The notes below the pieces were generated by a model. The model was not told where the DNA came from. It ran no database searches and saw nothing but the letters and a program-made list of their open reading frames with translations. DNA of 64,000 bases from Tubulanus polymorphus. Its lineage: Eukaryota > Animalia > Nemertea. Positions 39,341-51,700 of the stretch are shown piece after piece. The DNA lies in assembly GCF_964204645.1 (NCBI RefSeq), contig NC_134036.1, positions 2,914,001-2,978,000 of the forward strand, read 5' to 3'. The translations under genes were made by a program, and so were the position numbers. The stretch's first letter is position 1. Every line of letters starts with the position of its first letter.

Positions 39341-41496
39341 CGGCAATACTTTATTTCTTGAGCTACTGTAGTTTATTAAGATTTACAAGGAACGAAACCT
39401 AGGAATTGTACAAAGTGACATTAGATTCGAGGTTATATGATAAAACAGCGGCTGTTTTCAAAACTGATTGACAATATTTACAAAAATATTAAATCATCGA
39501 AATTTGTACCACTAAACTAGCCATCTTTTTATGGAATGGTTTGCACTGTGGTTCAAACCCATTTGCATCGCCAAGAGCTCATCAATAGATATTGAATATA
39601 CTTCTCTTATCCCCTAAAATATTCTATCATAGTTTATGTTATATAATAGCCATATCATTGTATGTTGTATGTTGTTTAGAAAATAGCTTACCATAGATAT
39701 ACCATGTATTATTGTTTTATCATCATCCGTTTCATAGTCATCAGCAGGGCTCCTCGTCCGCTCAGTATACAGAGCTACAGCCTTCAGGCTCTAGTAGAGT
39801 CCTTCATAGTTCAGCGCAATATTTTGTAAGAGAAATTGTTAGGATATGTGATAATGTTCTATGAAAATAAAATCTAGCCATCTTATTATGGAAGGGGTTG
39901 TACTGTTTAAAACCAATTTGCATCGTAATTTTCTCACTAAGAAATGTAACATGCATTTTATGCAGGTCCTAAACGTACATGGTGACGTATAAAATCGATG
40001 GGTTCGGCGACTTTTATATACAATCCGCGAAAGCTTTTAGTGCTAAAAAGGTAGATATTCACACAGTCTACAGTATTTATCTATAACTTTAACAAACAAT
40101 CATGAGGTCATTAAATCGTCTGTTATAGACGAGATCGTCGATAAAATAAATGATATATCAAAAAATGTTGATGCTGATGATGGTAAACTCGATATATCGA
40201 CACAAAACATAACACTCTCATCGCTCGCTATCCGTGCGTTTGTGTTTGTGTAAATCGTGTGGGATATTGTTACTATAGCTGCGCGTTGTTTTATTTCGAT
40301 AGCGTCACCGATCCTCGTAATGTATATCGTTATGTTATCGTCTCTAATGGCCCATCAGCACGCCGGTTCGTTGCGCTTCCAACGCACGGCTATTATTACA
40401 ACGTGCAATTGTGAAAAATTAATCAGTGACGCAAATTACCTAGACGGTACGAGTGCAATCGGGGCCAATCGGTAACCTTCGGTTTTAAGCAAACGTTACC
40501 TAGCGACGGAGAACCTTATTTGGTAGGGTCAATGTGAAGGGGTAAACATTGTTGACAGGCAAGTGGCATGGCAGACGTGACTGTTAGACTGATTCTCGGT
40601 AATCAGAGTTGGATATGATGTGTAAATTCATACTGATTTCATATCGTTTATAGATTTATATCATTTTCGTTTCATTAATGATGAGATTTAGCTGAAATCT
40701 CGAAACCTTAGAAACATGAATCTTGGTAGGAGGCACGAGATTCTGTGAGACTCTACCTTTTGTATTAAAGACCTACGGCTAGGTCATTATTCGGGGGTTG
40801 GTTCATCTAGGAACGTCCAGGTTTGAAGCAAATCAACCAAAAGAAATAAACAAAACCGGAAATAATTCTCGTGCATTTAATTAAGCAATATTACTCTATC
40901 GCGTGAAAATGAATTTATACATCTCAAATAAAACGAAACTCTTCAAAACATGAAAATTCATTGAAAACAGATTAATTTTAATGCTAAAATAACTAATTAC
41001 AATTACGAGATGAAATTCTACATTGAATAAAAGACATATGAAATGAAGCGTCTGTAACAGTAATGTATGTAAATCTATTGAAATCTGAGCCTATGCAAAA
41101 CTGGAGAATAACAAAGTAAAAAACAAAGTTACTATTTCACTGATGATGAGATATAGATTAATCTCGATATCATGAGATAATGAATTTGAGATATCAACAA
41201 CTCAGGGATTATTCATTAACTGTGCATAGGAAAACATGTTTGAATGTGTTTGAATAAGTAATAAAACTCCAACGGATAAAATATATTCAAATAATGCGAT
41301 TGATTTATAAAACCATTTACACAATTTAATTGATGAATAACAATTTCAATCAGTTGAAATAAACGAGAATGTAATCTATACCAAACCCATCTCGGGCTGA
41401 GTTACTTTTGATGACTGAAAAATGAAATACTAAACAGTTTTGAAATGTTGTACTTCAACACTTCGACTGTGAAAACAAATTCGTTCGAACGATATT

Positions 41497-41795
41497 TCTA
41501 GAATGGCATTCTTTGCCGTGTATGTAAGCATCTTATGTGAAACTCGAATCGGAACAGAAAGTAAAGCAATAAATATCTAGCCCTAAGGTTGATTTGAAAT
41601 TCATAAATTTCCAAGTATTAAAATGAAAATTAATTCATTGCATTGCTCTAGAATGGCATCATTCTGTGCCGTGTACACAAGCATTTCTAATGTGAAACTC
41701 GAATCAGAAGAGATTAAAATTAAAGCAATCAATAATTAGCCTCCATAGTTGAAAAGGAATCTTCCAAAATCGTCGCTTCGATTAAAATGTAAATC
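41497..41795. repeat. ~150-bp tandem duplication in the Ly6-gene 3' region
   Basis: tctagaatggcat...tgccgtgta...tgtgaaactcgaatc...taaagcaat...tagcc occurs twice. Confidence 0.75.
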
Positions 41796-41893
41796 TGATT
41801 TTAGCATTGATCCAATCATTCATTTAAAAGTAAAACCTGAAAAGCAAAATATATTTCAATTTCCGGGGTTGCGAGTCGAATTAACAGAATCGA

Positions 41894-43963
41894 TTATTTG
41901 AAGAAAACGAAATAACAGACAAACACAGAAACCGCAGAGTAAATCATCATATTCATCCTGTAGGTGGCAGCACTGTTACACATGTCATAATCGTCACAGC
42001 ACAGCACGGCGATGTCCCAGATATTAACCTCTATAGTACTAAAGCATTTAACAGGATTCTCAGGCATACAGCCTCGAATAATCAGATCTTTATTGTACTG
42101 GAATTCCTGAATAAAAAAGGCAACAACAACAAATCAACCAAAGCCTAGCTAGCGATGCGAGCTATGTGCATTTTTGTTTGTCATGATGTTGTTGAAGGCG
42201 GACTGGTCACCGTGCAGCGAGACGGTTCAATTAGATAGGCCTGAAACAGTGACTAGCCGCTTGTTCTTTTGTAGTTTTGCTCTTAACCGTCAGATCAAGG
42301 TTTTCACATTTTCTTTATTCGATTTTCCGAATTCACATTTTATCATATTTTCCCGGTCCATCGATCATGTTAATCTCTTTTTATTTCTAGTACTATGTTT
42401 TTTTTTATTATCATCGAAAAACTATTTTATACTAATGTAATGGAATACCGGTAAGGCTACTGAGGGAAGCGAGGAATCGGCTATAATCCGCAAGAATCGC
42501 TAGTGGCAATCGGTTATCACGCTTGAATTTGAGTCAACTTGTCTGATTAGTAAATCAATTTTCCATACACTGAGTGAAAAAGGGAATCTTATATCTCTAT
42601 CCGGTTACTCGTTTGATAATTTTCGGATTTGGAAGCTTGAAAATCATGTTCAAATTCAATTGAAAATGAGCCGGTAGTTACGGAATCTATTAATATTCGT
42701 AGAGTAGCCGTGTTAACCAGGTTTAAAATAGGTAACGAGACGAGTAGTACTGTATAGGCTAACTATTTATTTGACGCACGAGCTTTCGCTTCTAATGAAT
42801 AGAAGCTTCATCAGGTGAATGAGTGATTCAGTACTACTCGTCTCGTTACTTATTTGGAATCTATTAATTTGGTTGATTTGAAAAGATGGACTTTTCTTTG
42901 CCGATTATGAGTAAAAGACGACCTTTTGGTAGAACCTGGCCGGATACGGTGTAAAACGGATATGAAAACGATGATTTATTTTCATTGCACTGCGTCACTA
43001 CTGGGCATTTTTAACATTCGATTTAAGGTATTCAAAAGAATGTGTGCATGACCCTTGACACATGACGTGAAGGATCGTACCCCAGACACCCATCCCCTAG
43101 AGTATTGTTAGCTGCACTCACCACGCAGTCGTGTTTTTCGGGGCATTCGATGCCGGTTATGTGATCCTTATAGTACTGATATTCGACGTCTTTGCGTACC
43201 ATCTTTTTGTCGCTATCACCGTCACTTCCAACTTCACCCACGAGTTCCCACATATCGCGCATGCATTGCTTGGTAAAATATGGTTCTTTACCAGTTCCAT
43301 TTGCCGTATGCCAATCAAGCAATCCAACTGAAATAGAAATAAAATCAAAGGACAATCTCGTCGAACTAGTGTTTGCATCTCGTCATGTGCATGTTGGAAT
43401 CCAGCGCGAGTGTGAGACAACACTGAAGGGAGGGGGGTGCAACCGCAGCAGTGGCGATGGTATCGTGATAGTTGTTGTGAAGGTGAAAGAAGGGTGTCTT
43501 CTCTGACACCGGAATTTTGCTCGGTCCTTAATTGTATACTAGAACAGGGTTTCGTATCAATTTCAAAGCTACAAATCCCGCCATCGATGTTTTAATTAAT
43601 GCGTAGGATGTTTAATTAAACACCACACCAACTGACTAATGACACATGTACTGTGCACAATACCAAAATAAACTTACGTTTGTCTGCAACGATTTTCACA
43701 TCAATATACATAGCCTTACCGCCACTACTGTCATCATGGTAGGCACAACTGGCACAAATCAAACTAACAACGACTGTGCCTGAAAATGAAATGCCAAGGT
43801 ATCAGAATTGGGGGAAATTTGTTATAGTAAATCAAATGATAGATAATTTCTTTAATAAAATCCTTTCTCAAAAAAGATTGAAATATTTATAGATAACGAA
43901 CTTACTTTGAGCCAACAGAACTAGTAGAACTGCTGTAAAAGTAATAATCTGTATCAGTTCCAT
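41894..43963 (-). CDS. GPI-anchored Ly6/uPAR (three-finger, quiver/sleepless-like) protein. Exons 43906-43963, 43720 (or 43678)-43779, 43122-43327, 41894-42106
   Basis: Signal peptide MELIQIITFTAVLLVLLAQS, then LICASC...QC...EC....DC...IIRGC...KC...LCCDDYDMCN (10 Cys), then the hydrophobic GPI signal SAATYRMNMMIYSAVSVFVCYFVFFK*. Confidence 0.85.
42695..42855 (-). mobile_element. Penelope-type mini-insert with an intact minimal hammerhead, 27-bp inverted arms and a 13-bp TSD
   Basis: TSD ggaatctattaat at 42682-42694 and 42856-42868. Arms at 42726-42752 and 42829-42855. Confidence 0.85.
42777..42817 (-). ncRNA. Minimal type I hammerhead ribozyme
   Basis: CAC-CUGAUGA-A-GCUUCUA(UUCAU)UAGAAGC-GAA-AGCU-C|GUG: intact core, 7-bp stem II, palindromic stem III (AGCU), 3-bp stem I. 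Confidence 0.85.
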
Positions 43964-44448
43964 CCTGTGGTCTTTTGAAGTTTTAGTATTTCCACTGACG
44001 ACACCGATGGATGATCTTTGTAGCGACTGTTACCACAAGAGTTCGAACCACAAACTACTGTCGATCAGGCGGATTGAAAAAACCCGAAGATACCGTTTGG
44101 GCTTTAAAAGAATTAATCCAAGCATTTGGGGGTAATGGCTGAACAAGATAAAGAATTCATTTATGTTATATTTATTAGATTCGTATGATCAGTTGGTGCG
44201 GTTACAGTGTGAGCTTCCAAGGAATTCGTATTTATTCTGAAAATCAGTCCAGGTAACAGTTTAAATGAATTCATTCGCATAAGCAATCGAAATAAGAAAC
44301 AAGAGTTCGAACCACAAACTGATCAGGCGGATTGGAGATTTAAATAGTTAGACCGAGGATACCGTTTGGGCTTCCAAAAAATTCGTATTAAAATTATCTA
44401 GAAGTTGGTTACGGTAAGACGAGATGATTAGTTCATTTATATTTCTGC

Positions 44449-44585
44449 GGCCAGTTGCACAGTCGTGACTTAAGTCCAAAAGTGGTCTTAAATCTTAAGA
44501 CCGGTCTCAATTTGTTAGAATAGCTATATAACAAAGTTGGTCTTAGACTGGTCTTAAGTCTAAACCATGATTATGCAGCCGGTCC
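44449..44585. mobile_element. MITE-like element (ggccagttgcaca...tatgcagccggtcc) with internal ggtcttaa/ttaagacc palindromes
   Basis: Imperfect TIRs. The left end is repeated at ~44856-44879. Confidence 0.55.
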
Positions 44586-44880
44586 CTGATTATTAAGAAT
44601 GAAATTCAATCTAAAATAATAATCAAAAGTATAATTGAAGTTTGAATTGAATGAGTCGCTTATAGAGAATGTTCGATTCAAAGAACAAATTTAACGCATA
44701 TAGATTTAAAATTACCCGAGTGGTGCGTCTACGTGTGAATGTACATGTACTCTGAAAAATTGCATTTGTTTTAAACCGGTTTGTGTCCGCACTGTTGTAT
44801 CTCAAACCGTTGCATTTCCATTCCTGGGCCAGTACAGATTCCTGATGGGCACAATGCACAGTCGTGACATAAGTCCAAAC

Positions 44881-45075
44881 CTGGGGCGGGCGCAGGAAAA
44901 CCCTGTTAGCCTAACCGTGGTTAGGGGCTTATCCGTGGTTAGGCGAACCAGATTGAAATAAGAGACCACACGAGGACAATGGTTATCTAACAGCGTTTTC
45001 CTGCGTCCATTTATGCCTAACCACAGTTTACTAACCACGGTTAGCACTAACATGGTTTTCCTGCGCCCGCCCCAG
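44881..45075. mobile_element. 195-bp young MITE
   Basis: Perfect 22-bp TIR CTGGGGCGGGCGCAGGAAAACC...GGTTTTCCTGCGCCCGCCCCAG, extending imperfectly to ~40 bp. Confidence 0.9.
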
Positions 45076-45159
45076 ATTGCAAGGCATGACGTTAATGTGG
45101 TGTTACCGCTTATTTTTATGTTGGGTTACGGGTATTCGTGAATCCTAAATACACCTATC

Positions 45160-45510
45160 CCTGAGCTAACAGAACCAGCAGAACTGCAGCTGTAAACATA
45201 GTAATCTGTATGAGTTCCATCCTGTTGGTTTTTGAAGTTCAAGTGATTTCACTGACAACACCGTTCGGATGATCTTTGTAGCGACTGTTACCAGAAGAGT
45301 TCGAACAACAAACTACTGTCGATCAGGCGGATTGAAAAGACCGAAGATACCGTTTGAGCTTTAAAGAATTAATCTAGGCATTGGGGGTAACGGCTGAACG
45401 GGATAAAGAATTCATGTATGTTATATTTGTTAGATTCATATGATCAGTTTGTCCGGTTACCGTTTGAGCTTCCAAGGAATTCGTATTATGTCTGAAAATC
45501 GCTTCAGGTA
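45160..45510 (-). pseudogene. Duplicate of the Ly6 first exon and upstream region
   Basis: ATG at 45220 gives MELIQITMFTAAVLLVLLAQG*. The splice donor is lost and a TAG is in frame. The upstream ~290 bp is similar to 43964-44260. Confidence 0.75.
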
Positions 45511-46149
45511 ACGGGTTTTGTCAAGAATTCGTTTATGTAATATTTGTTTATTTCAAAATATCACATTATGATCAGTTGGTCCAGTTATCGTCAGGGCTTC
45601 CAAAGAATTCGTATTATATTGTATTATCAAGATGTAGGTAACGGTTTGGCAAGATCAAGAATTCATTTTAGTTTCTCTTTATCAAAAAGACAATCGGAAA
45701 TATAATTAAACTATAATCTTTATTGCATTTTTTGCAGTAAACGGGCTGCGACGTTCCATTCAATATTCAAATTTACGTACACAAATTAAAAATTCATCAT
45801 TGTCATCCGTCATCTTATTAAACTGTTGCATTCGTCTTCGTCATAAACTGGTTTTAAGTGTCGGAGCCACCAAATTGAGTAAAACAAACCGTAGACAAAT
45901 CAAGTTGATAAACAAGTCAAATAAGTTGTAGAATTAAAAATATGACGGGTATTCGTGACGAGGAGTTAGATAGTAAACTGGACCAGATTCCTGATGGGCT
46001 CAGTGCACAACTTGATCGCAAGGCATAGTTTTGTGTTTCTTTTATTTAGATCACGGGCAGTGATTCCCAAATAAGGAGTCGATTAATACAGAACTCTGAT
46101 AAACGCCGTTTTGTACAACGGCGCTTTGTTCTCATGTTCAAATGATGCA

Positions 46150-46345
46150 TTGCCGGAACATGTTCTCATTACATTACCCTGTCGTGTAATACGATGTCCA
46201 ATATCTTATTACTCGACTCTAGAACCAGAAAAACACAATTCATCAATTTTCAGCCAAATCATCAGGGAACATTACTCCACAATGGTTTCTTCCAGAAATC
46301 ACATCTTTTTCCAAGGACAATTTGTACTGGAGATTTAAACCGAGC
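46150..46345 (+). mobile_element. Degenerate CR1/L2-type LINE ORF2 3' end
   Basis: LDSRTRKT..F...FQKSHLFPRTI resembles the TR..H..F...K.SFFPRTI..WN C-terminal motif. Confidence 0.4.
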
Positions 46346-46402
46346 TGGCTTCAGATGTGTAAATCTACGAATATGGGGACCAAGCATATTTAACTATTAA
46401 CA

Positions 46403-46925
46403 GTGGTTGATGGTGTGGTATCTCAATGGTCGATGGTGTGGTATCTCAATGGTTGATGGTGTGGTATCTCAATGGTCGATGGTGTGTGGTATCTCAATGG
46501 TTGATGGTGTTTGGTATCTGTGGTATCTCAATGGTCGATGGTGTGGTATCTCAATGGTGGATGGTGTGGTATCTCAATGGTCGATGGTGTGTGGTATCTC
46601 AATGGTTGATGGTGTGTGGTATCTGTGGTATCGCAATGGTCGATGGTGTGGTATCTCAATGGTTGATGGTGTGTGGTATCTGTGGTATCTCAATGGTCGA
46701 TGGTGTGGTATCTCAATGGTGGATGGTGTGGTATCTCAATGGTCGATGGTGTGTGGTATCTCAATGGTTGATGGTGTGTGGTATCTGTGGTATCGCAATG
46801 GTCGATGGTGTGTGGTATCTCAATGGTTGATGGTGTGTGGTATCTGTGGTATCTCAATGGTCGATGGTGTGGTATTGGTCGATGGTGTGGTATAATGGTT
46901 GATGGTGTGGTATATCAATGGTCGA
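46403..46925. repeat. GT-rich minisatellite (tggtatctcaatggt[c/t]gatggtg[tg], 23-25 bp, ~20 copies)
   Basis: Direct inspection. It explains ORFs 46407-46895 and 46426-46830. Confidence 0.97.
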
Positions 46926-48768
46926 TAGATGGTTTTGGTTGAAATCGTCTCAAAGATGAAATCTCAGCAGTAACAGAACTGGAAGGACAGATCGATATGG
47001 TTCAATCTGTAATCTGTAAGCGTACCGCTCAGATTCTCATTTGTGTGCGTTGAATTATTAAACAGTCAAATATGAGTTCCATTTGTATGAGCGAGGGAGA
47101 CCAACAAACGAGTTTGACACGTGACATTGAAGAGGAGATGGTGCAAAATACCGTATTCTCCTCCTCGGTAGATGTGGCCATTTTTTATTTACTGGTGTAT
47201 ACGGATAGACCGCCTCCTGGAATTGTTCTAAAAACATGAAAAAATGGGGACTAGGAAAGAAAACTATCTTAAAAGTTTATTAATGTGTGGCTTTGAAAAT
47301 AACACGTCAAAATGTTGTACGAATCCTGCATAGGCGGCCAAGAATCGTTAAAACCCCGTTTGGCACCGATCGATATTAAACAGCATGGCTCTAGTGGTCA
47401 AGTTTCGCGGAAACCGATGAAATAAACCTAATTCGGGGTCAATTTTGTCACCGCGCGACCCATCAATTAACCACTACAGGGAATCTCAATAACTACGTCC
47501 CAGGTATTAGTGATAACGAATCGTAAATTAATATCTGGGCAGGTTTGATTATATAGAATTTGCTTTCGGTACCCGCGGTTAAGCTGCTGACCACTGGCAG
47601 CGCAGCAAGTGCACTGACCTTTCCAGAACTCGGTTCACAAACAGCGACGGATGATAGACCTCTGCATGTAATCATCCATTGATGTAATGAAAAGTTTATT
47701 TGCTGTCGGACACGGGATGACAACAACAGTGAGTTTACGCGGTGTCCATTAATTTGATGATCGATCGCGTGTGATTAAAGATCTCTGATTAATGAACGCA
47801 GAATGCTACGCATACGCGATCGCCCTTTGTAAATATTAGGCAGAAGCTGCCGGGCATCCTCTCGTTTTCTTCAGATCTCTGACAGAACGAAACGATAGGC
47901 TAACCGTAAATTGATGTTTTATTGTTTAAAGACGACCTTTGCCCTGGTCCGGACAGTCAGTGTGCCGCTGATGATTTACCCCGGGGGGAAAATATGCAGA
48001 ATTACTTGCCTCATTAGCAATTGGTTCAGGGCATTAAAAGCAACCCGAAGGGATTCGATCATTGCTTTTATCTTGCGCGGGGCGTAAACCCCGGAGCGGA
48101 GATGAAATCAACTAATAAAATCAATCATTAATTTCCTAATTATGAAAATCAGAAAATTGGAGCCCTCTGTCTCACACCATGATTTCTCATGGTCACACCG
48201 TGTTCGGGCTTCAGTGTTTCTTTAATGCGTTTGATCGATTATTTATAGACTTTTGACGATAAGGTTGGGAAGAACATAAATTTTATTGATCCAATTGCTT
48301 GAAAACTTTGTTGGGAGGTGGAGCGCCCCCAGACACACAGGCCTACCATAGAGTGCTCTGTGAGAAGGACACACAGCAGACAGGACGTGCTTCAAGAGTT
48401 CTCTGAATCGGCGAGATGATATGTTTTACCAGTTGCGAATATGGTAGGGAGATATACCGGTAACCTTAGCGTGCCAGGTAATGCGCCGAATAAGAAAGTC
48501 TTGTCCAAATAATTTGCGAAGGCCGCCTAATAGACTGAAGATAATTTCCGGACTCCGGTGGCTGGTGATTGGATTTCTTTCACCAAGAAGAACGGCTTCA
48601 GTGTCTGATGTTGAGTACACTAGGATCGCAGAGCGACGGAGGTCACTGTGGAAACAACCGGATTTGATTTGGCTGCCTTCGTCCGATAAATGCCTTTTAG
48701 GCGTTCAAAGGCTAAATCACGCTTTTTGCTTTCATCTTTCAATTTTGGAATACTTTCAGAGTTCAGTT

Positions 48769-51700
48769 ATGGTGAGGCCTGCCGGCGTCCGCGAACCAGG
48801 ATTCTTATTCATCATTGTACTGATTTCATATTTCATTGGATCGACTCAAAACAGCTCAACCGTCGTCCGAATAGGTAGGTTATTAACAATAAATATAAAA
48901 ATGTCATCTGCGTAATCTATTACACCAACCCACTCGAGCGCTAGGAGGCCTATTTCATTAAGTTCTAGATGCGTGTAGAAAAGCTATTTTGAGGGAGGTC
49001 TATCAGTAATCCATGGACGGTAAATGATTTTGTATAACTGTTCCTCTTGGTAAGAATTTCACTCCCGAAGTTGAACGGATAATCGAAAAGAATCAAGTAC
49101 CGCACCTTAACATTGACTTGAAATTTAGCTAACAACTGTTTGTGAGATTTGAATACTAAAATTTCTTGCCTCAATTTTTCCTCGAAACCTCAACATTCAT
49201 AGTCTAACATATGCGCTGTTTCCAGAGTTTAAATGTAAGCTGTCGATTTAGAAATTTAACTGTGGAAATTTTTGTACCGGTATTATTCGGACATTTGGGA
49301 TCGAAAAGCTTGTTGTACCGTAGCTGAATTCTTATGCAGCTTAGTGCCAATACGTCACAGCGACCTTGCTTTTGAAGCACTGTCCCTAATTTGGGCCAAC
49401 TTAATACACTGGCGTGTCCTTGAAGCACCGGGAAAAGTACTAGTGAATTTAATGAGAGAAATCTTTGAAAGTTCTGCTCCAATTTGCATTGTGACAGATT
49501 CGAATTCTCTTCTTAATTGAGACTACACGCGAATAGCGTTGGTTATTAGCCGTACTTCCAAGCCGCGGACAACCTTTCCAAATATTGACATAACGGCGAT
49601 AGAAATTATCGATTGTAAAACGACTGAAGGGTTTAAGCTTTAACTCAATGGAAACCTTACGAGGAGAGATTACCGTCATCCAGGCTACTTCATCGAACTA
49701 ACACCGGAACACATGTGATTTTCTCGGTATGGTAACTCGACGGTATAAAGTGTTTACCTCGTCGCGCCATTAGCAAAAATGACGAATACACTCGTGCGAA
49801 TGAATGTTTGTTCTGATACTCGAGTTGCAAAGCGGGTCTAATTTCGCACGTATCGATAAAACCCGATATTTTAAGTACGCCGTCAAAAAAAAATAGCACG
49901 CGAGATAAGATATTGAAAATCTACTCAATATTGGATGCAGTGATAATATGTACGCTCAGAGCGAAGAAAGTAAAGCACCTTGACAATGACAGTTTATACA
50001 GGTTATACCGCACAAATGATGCTGATTTTCACTAATTGTAATAATGATGCGTACTGATATTCAAAACTCTTGAAACTTATCGACTCTCTTGATTACTGAG
50101 TAATTTGACGATAAGGTGTTAGCCTACTGAGGGTCTTACCCCCTTAATTGAGTAATTTAAACAGGAACAAACACGAAAGGTGTTACTGAAGGTTTTAGAT
50201 AAGGTTTGTGTAAGGTGTTGATGAGAGTCTTACCCCCTTTGAAGTTTGAACAGAAATATGAACGTTGCTACCGACAGTTTTGTACCTTGATTACTGAGTA
50301 ATTTAAACAAAAATATAGATGAAGGTTTCATTCAGGGTCTCCCCCCTTTATAGCCTAACTGTAATAAATGAGTGTGTATATGTTTCTGGTTAAATTGATA
50401 TTAATAGAAAAAAGCGGATAGCTATATTCGTGACTATTAATGAAAATGATTCATTAACCATTTGTCTCAAATTGGCTTAGACAACACAGCTCTCCGCTTT
50501 TCGTAAAATGAAAAAATAAATAGATAGGCCTAGTCCTAAATAAAGCATGTTAATTTCTGATGATATTTCTAGGTGGTATATTTGGTAATACGGCAGCGGC
50601 GGAAGAGTCGGCCTTTCGGTACGCCGTAGAATACGTCAATCAGCGCCATCTATTAGGCGTTGATTATACCCTGGATTATTTGCTCAACACAACGTCCGTA
50701 TTAGCATCGTTTGAAAGTATACAGCATGGTAAGTGCTGCCACCTAACTGCGGTGTCGGTGGTAATGACAACAGAAAGACCATTTGAATTGTTCCTAAATA
50801 ACTCTCTTCGCTTATCTCATCCTCATTATTCTTCATTGTCTCTCCTTGTTTTTTTCTCTCTCTCTTCTTTTTTTTTTCTTTTTTTTGCTTTTCAAGGGTG
50901 CTTGCTATAGCGGTTTTTGGCCTTTGCTTGGCCCTCATAAGAAAGCCTCCTTAATTTTATTTTTTGTTCTATTTGTAAATATTCTTATAACATGCTTTCT
51001 TATGAAATAAATTGAAATTGAAATTGAATTGAAATACATGTATTGGTAAATCTAAATGCTCTGTAATCACACCGAATATAAAACGGATGTCCATGATAAG
51101 ATGTTAAGAGGAATTAATATTTGAATGAGTCGCAGATATAATCATGTTGATTATGATGTTGATTCCCTTGTTTTTGCAGCCTGTAACCAGATCGAATCTG
51201 GTATATTTGCGATTGTTGGTCCACTCAGTTCAACGCCGACGAAAGCAGTCCACCCTATTGCTCAACATTTCCACATTCCGCAGATTGCTCCCGTCGCAAC
51301 TAATCCACTTCTCAGTAAGTTGTCGAAAACCGCTCTAGGTACCACAATCTTGCATTATGGAAATATTCACCATCATATTGTGAAGTGTGGACGATCAATT
51401 TTTGAAAGCGCGCTGATAAAATGTCTAATATCTGGTGTTTGTTGTTCATTTTCAATTAAAAATGTCTTAAGTGAAGCACTGAACACATATGAAGTGTGGA
51501 CGATCAGCTTTTGAAAATGCGCTGATAAAATGTCTAATATCTGGTGTTTGTAGTTCATTTTCAATTGAAAATGTCTTAAGTGAAGCACAGAACACATGTG
51601 AAGTGTGGATGACCAATTTTTGGAAAGTGTGCTAATAAAATGTCTAATATCTGGTGTTTGTAGTTCATTTTCGATTAGAAATTTCTCAGGTGAAGTGTGG

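Noticed and set aside
46407-46895. Cys/Trp-rich repetitive ORFs
   Set aside because: Minisatellite translation, open in two frames, with no splice or signal context.
47968-47995. CTGATGA...GAAA as another hammerhead
   Set aside because: No convincing stem II, stem I or palindromic stem III. The same applies to CTGATGA at ~3273, 8714, 9726 and 40174.
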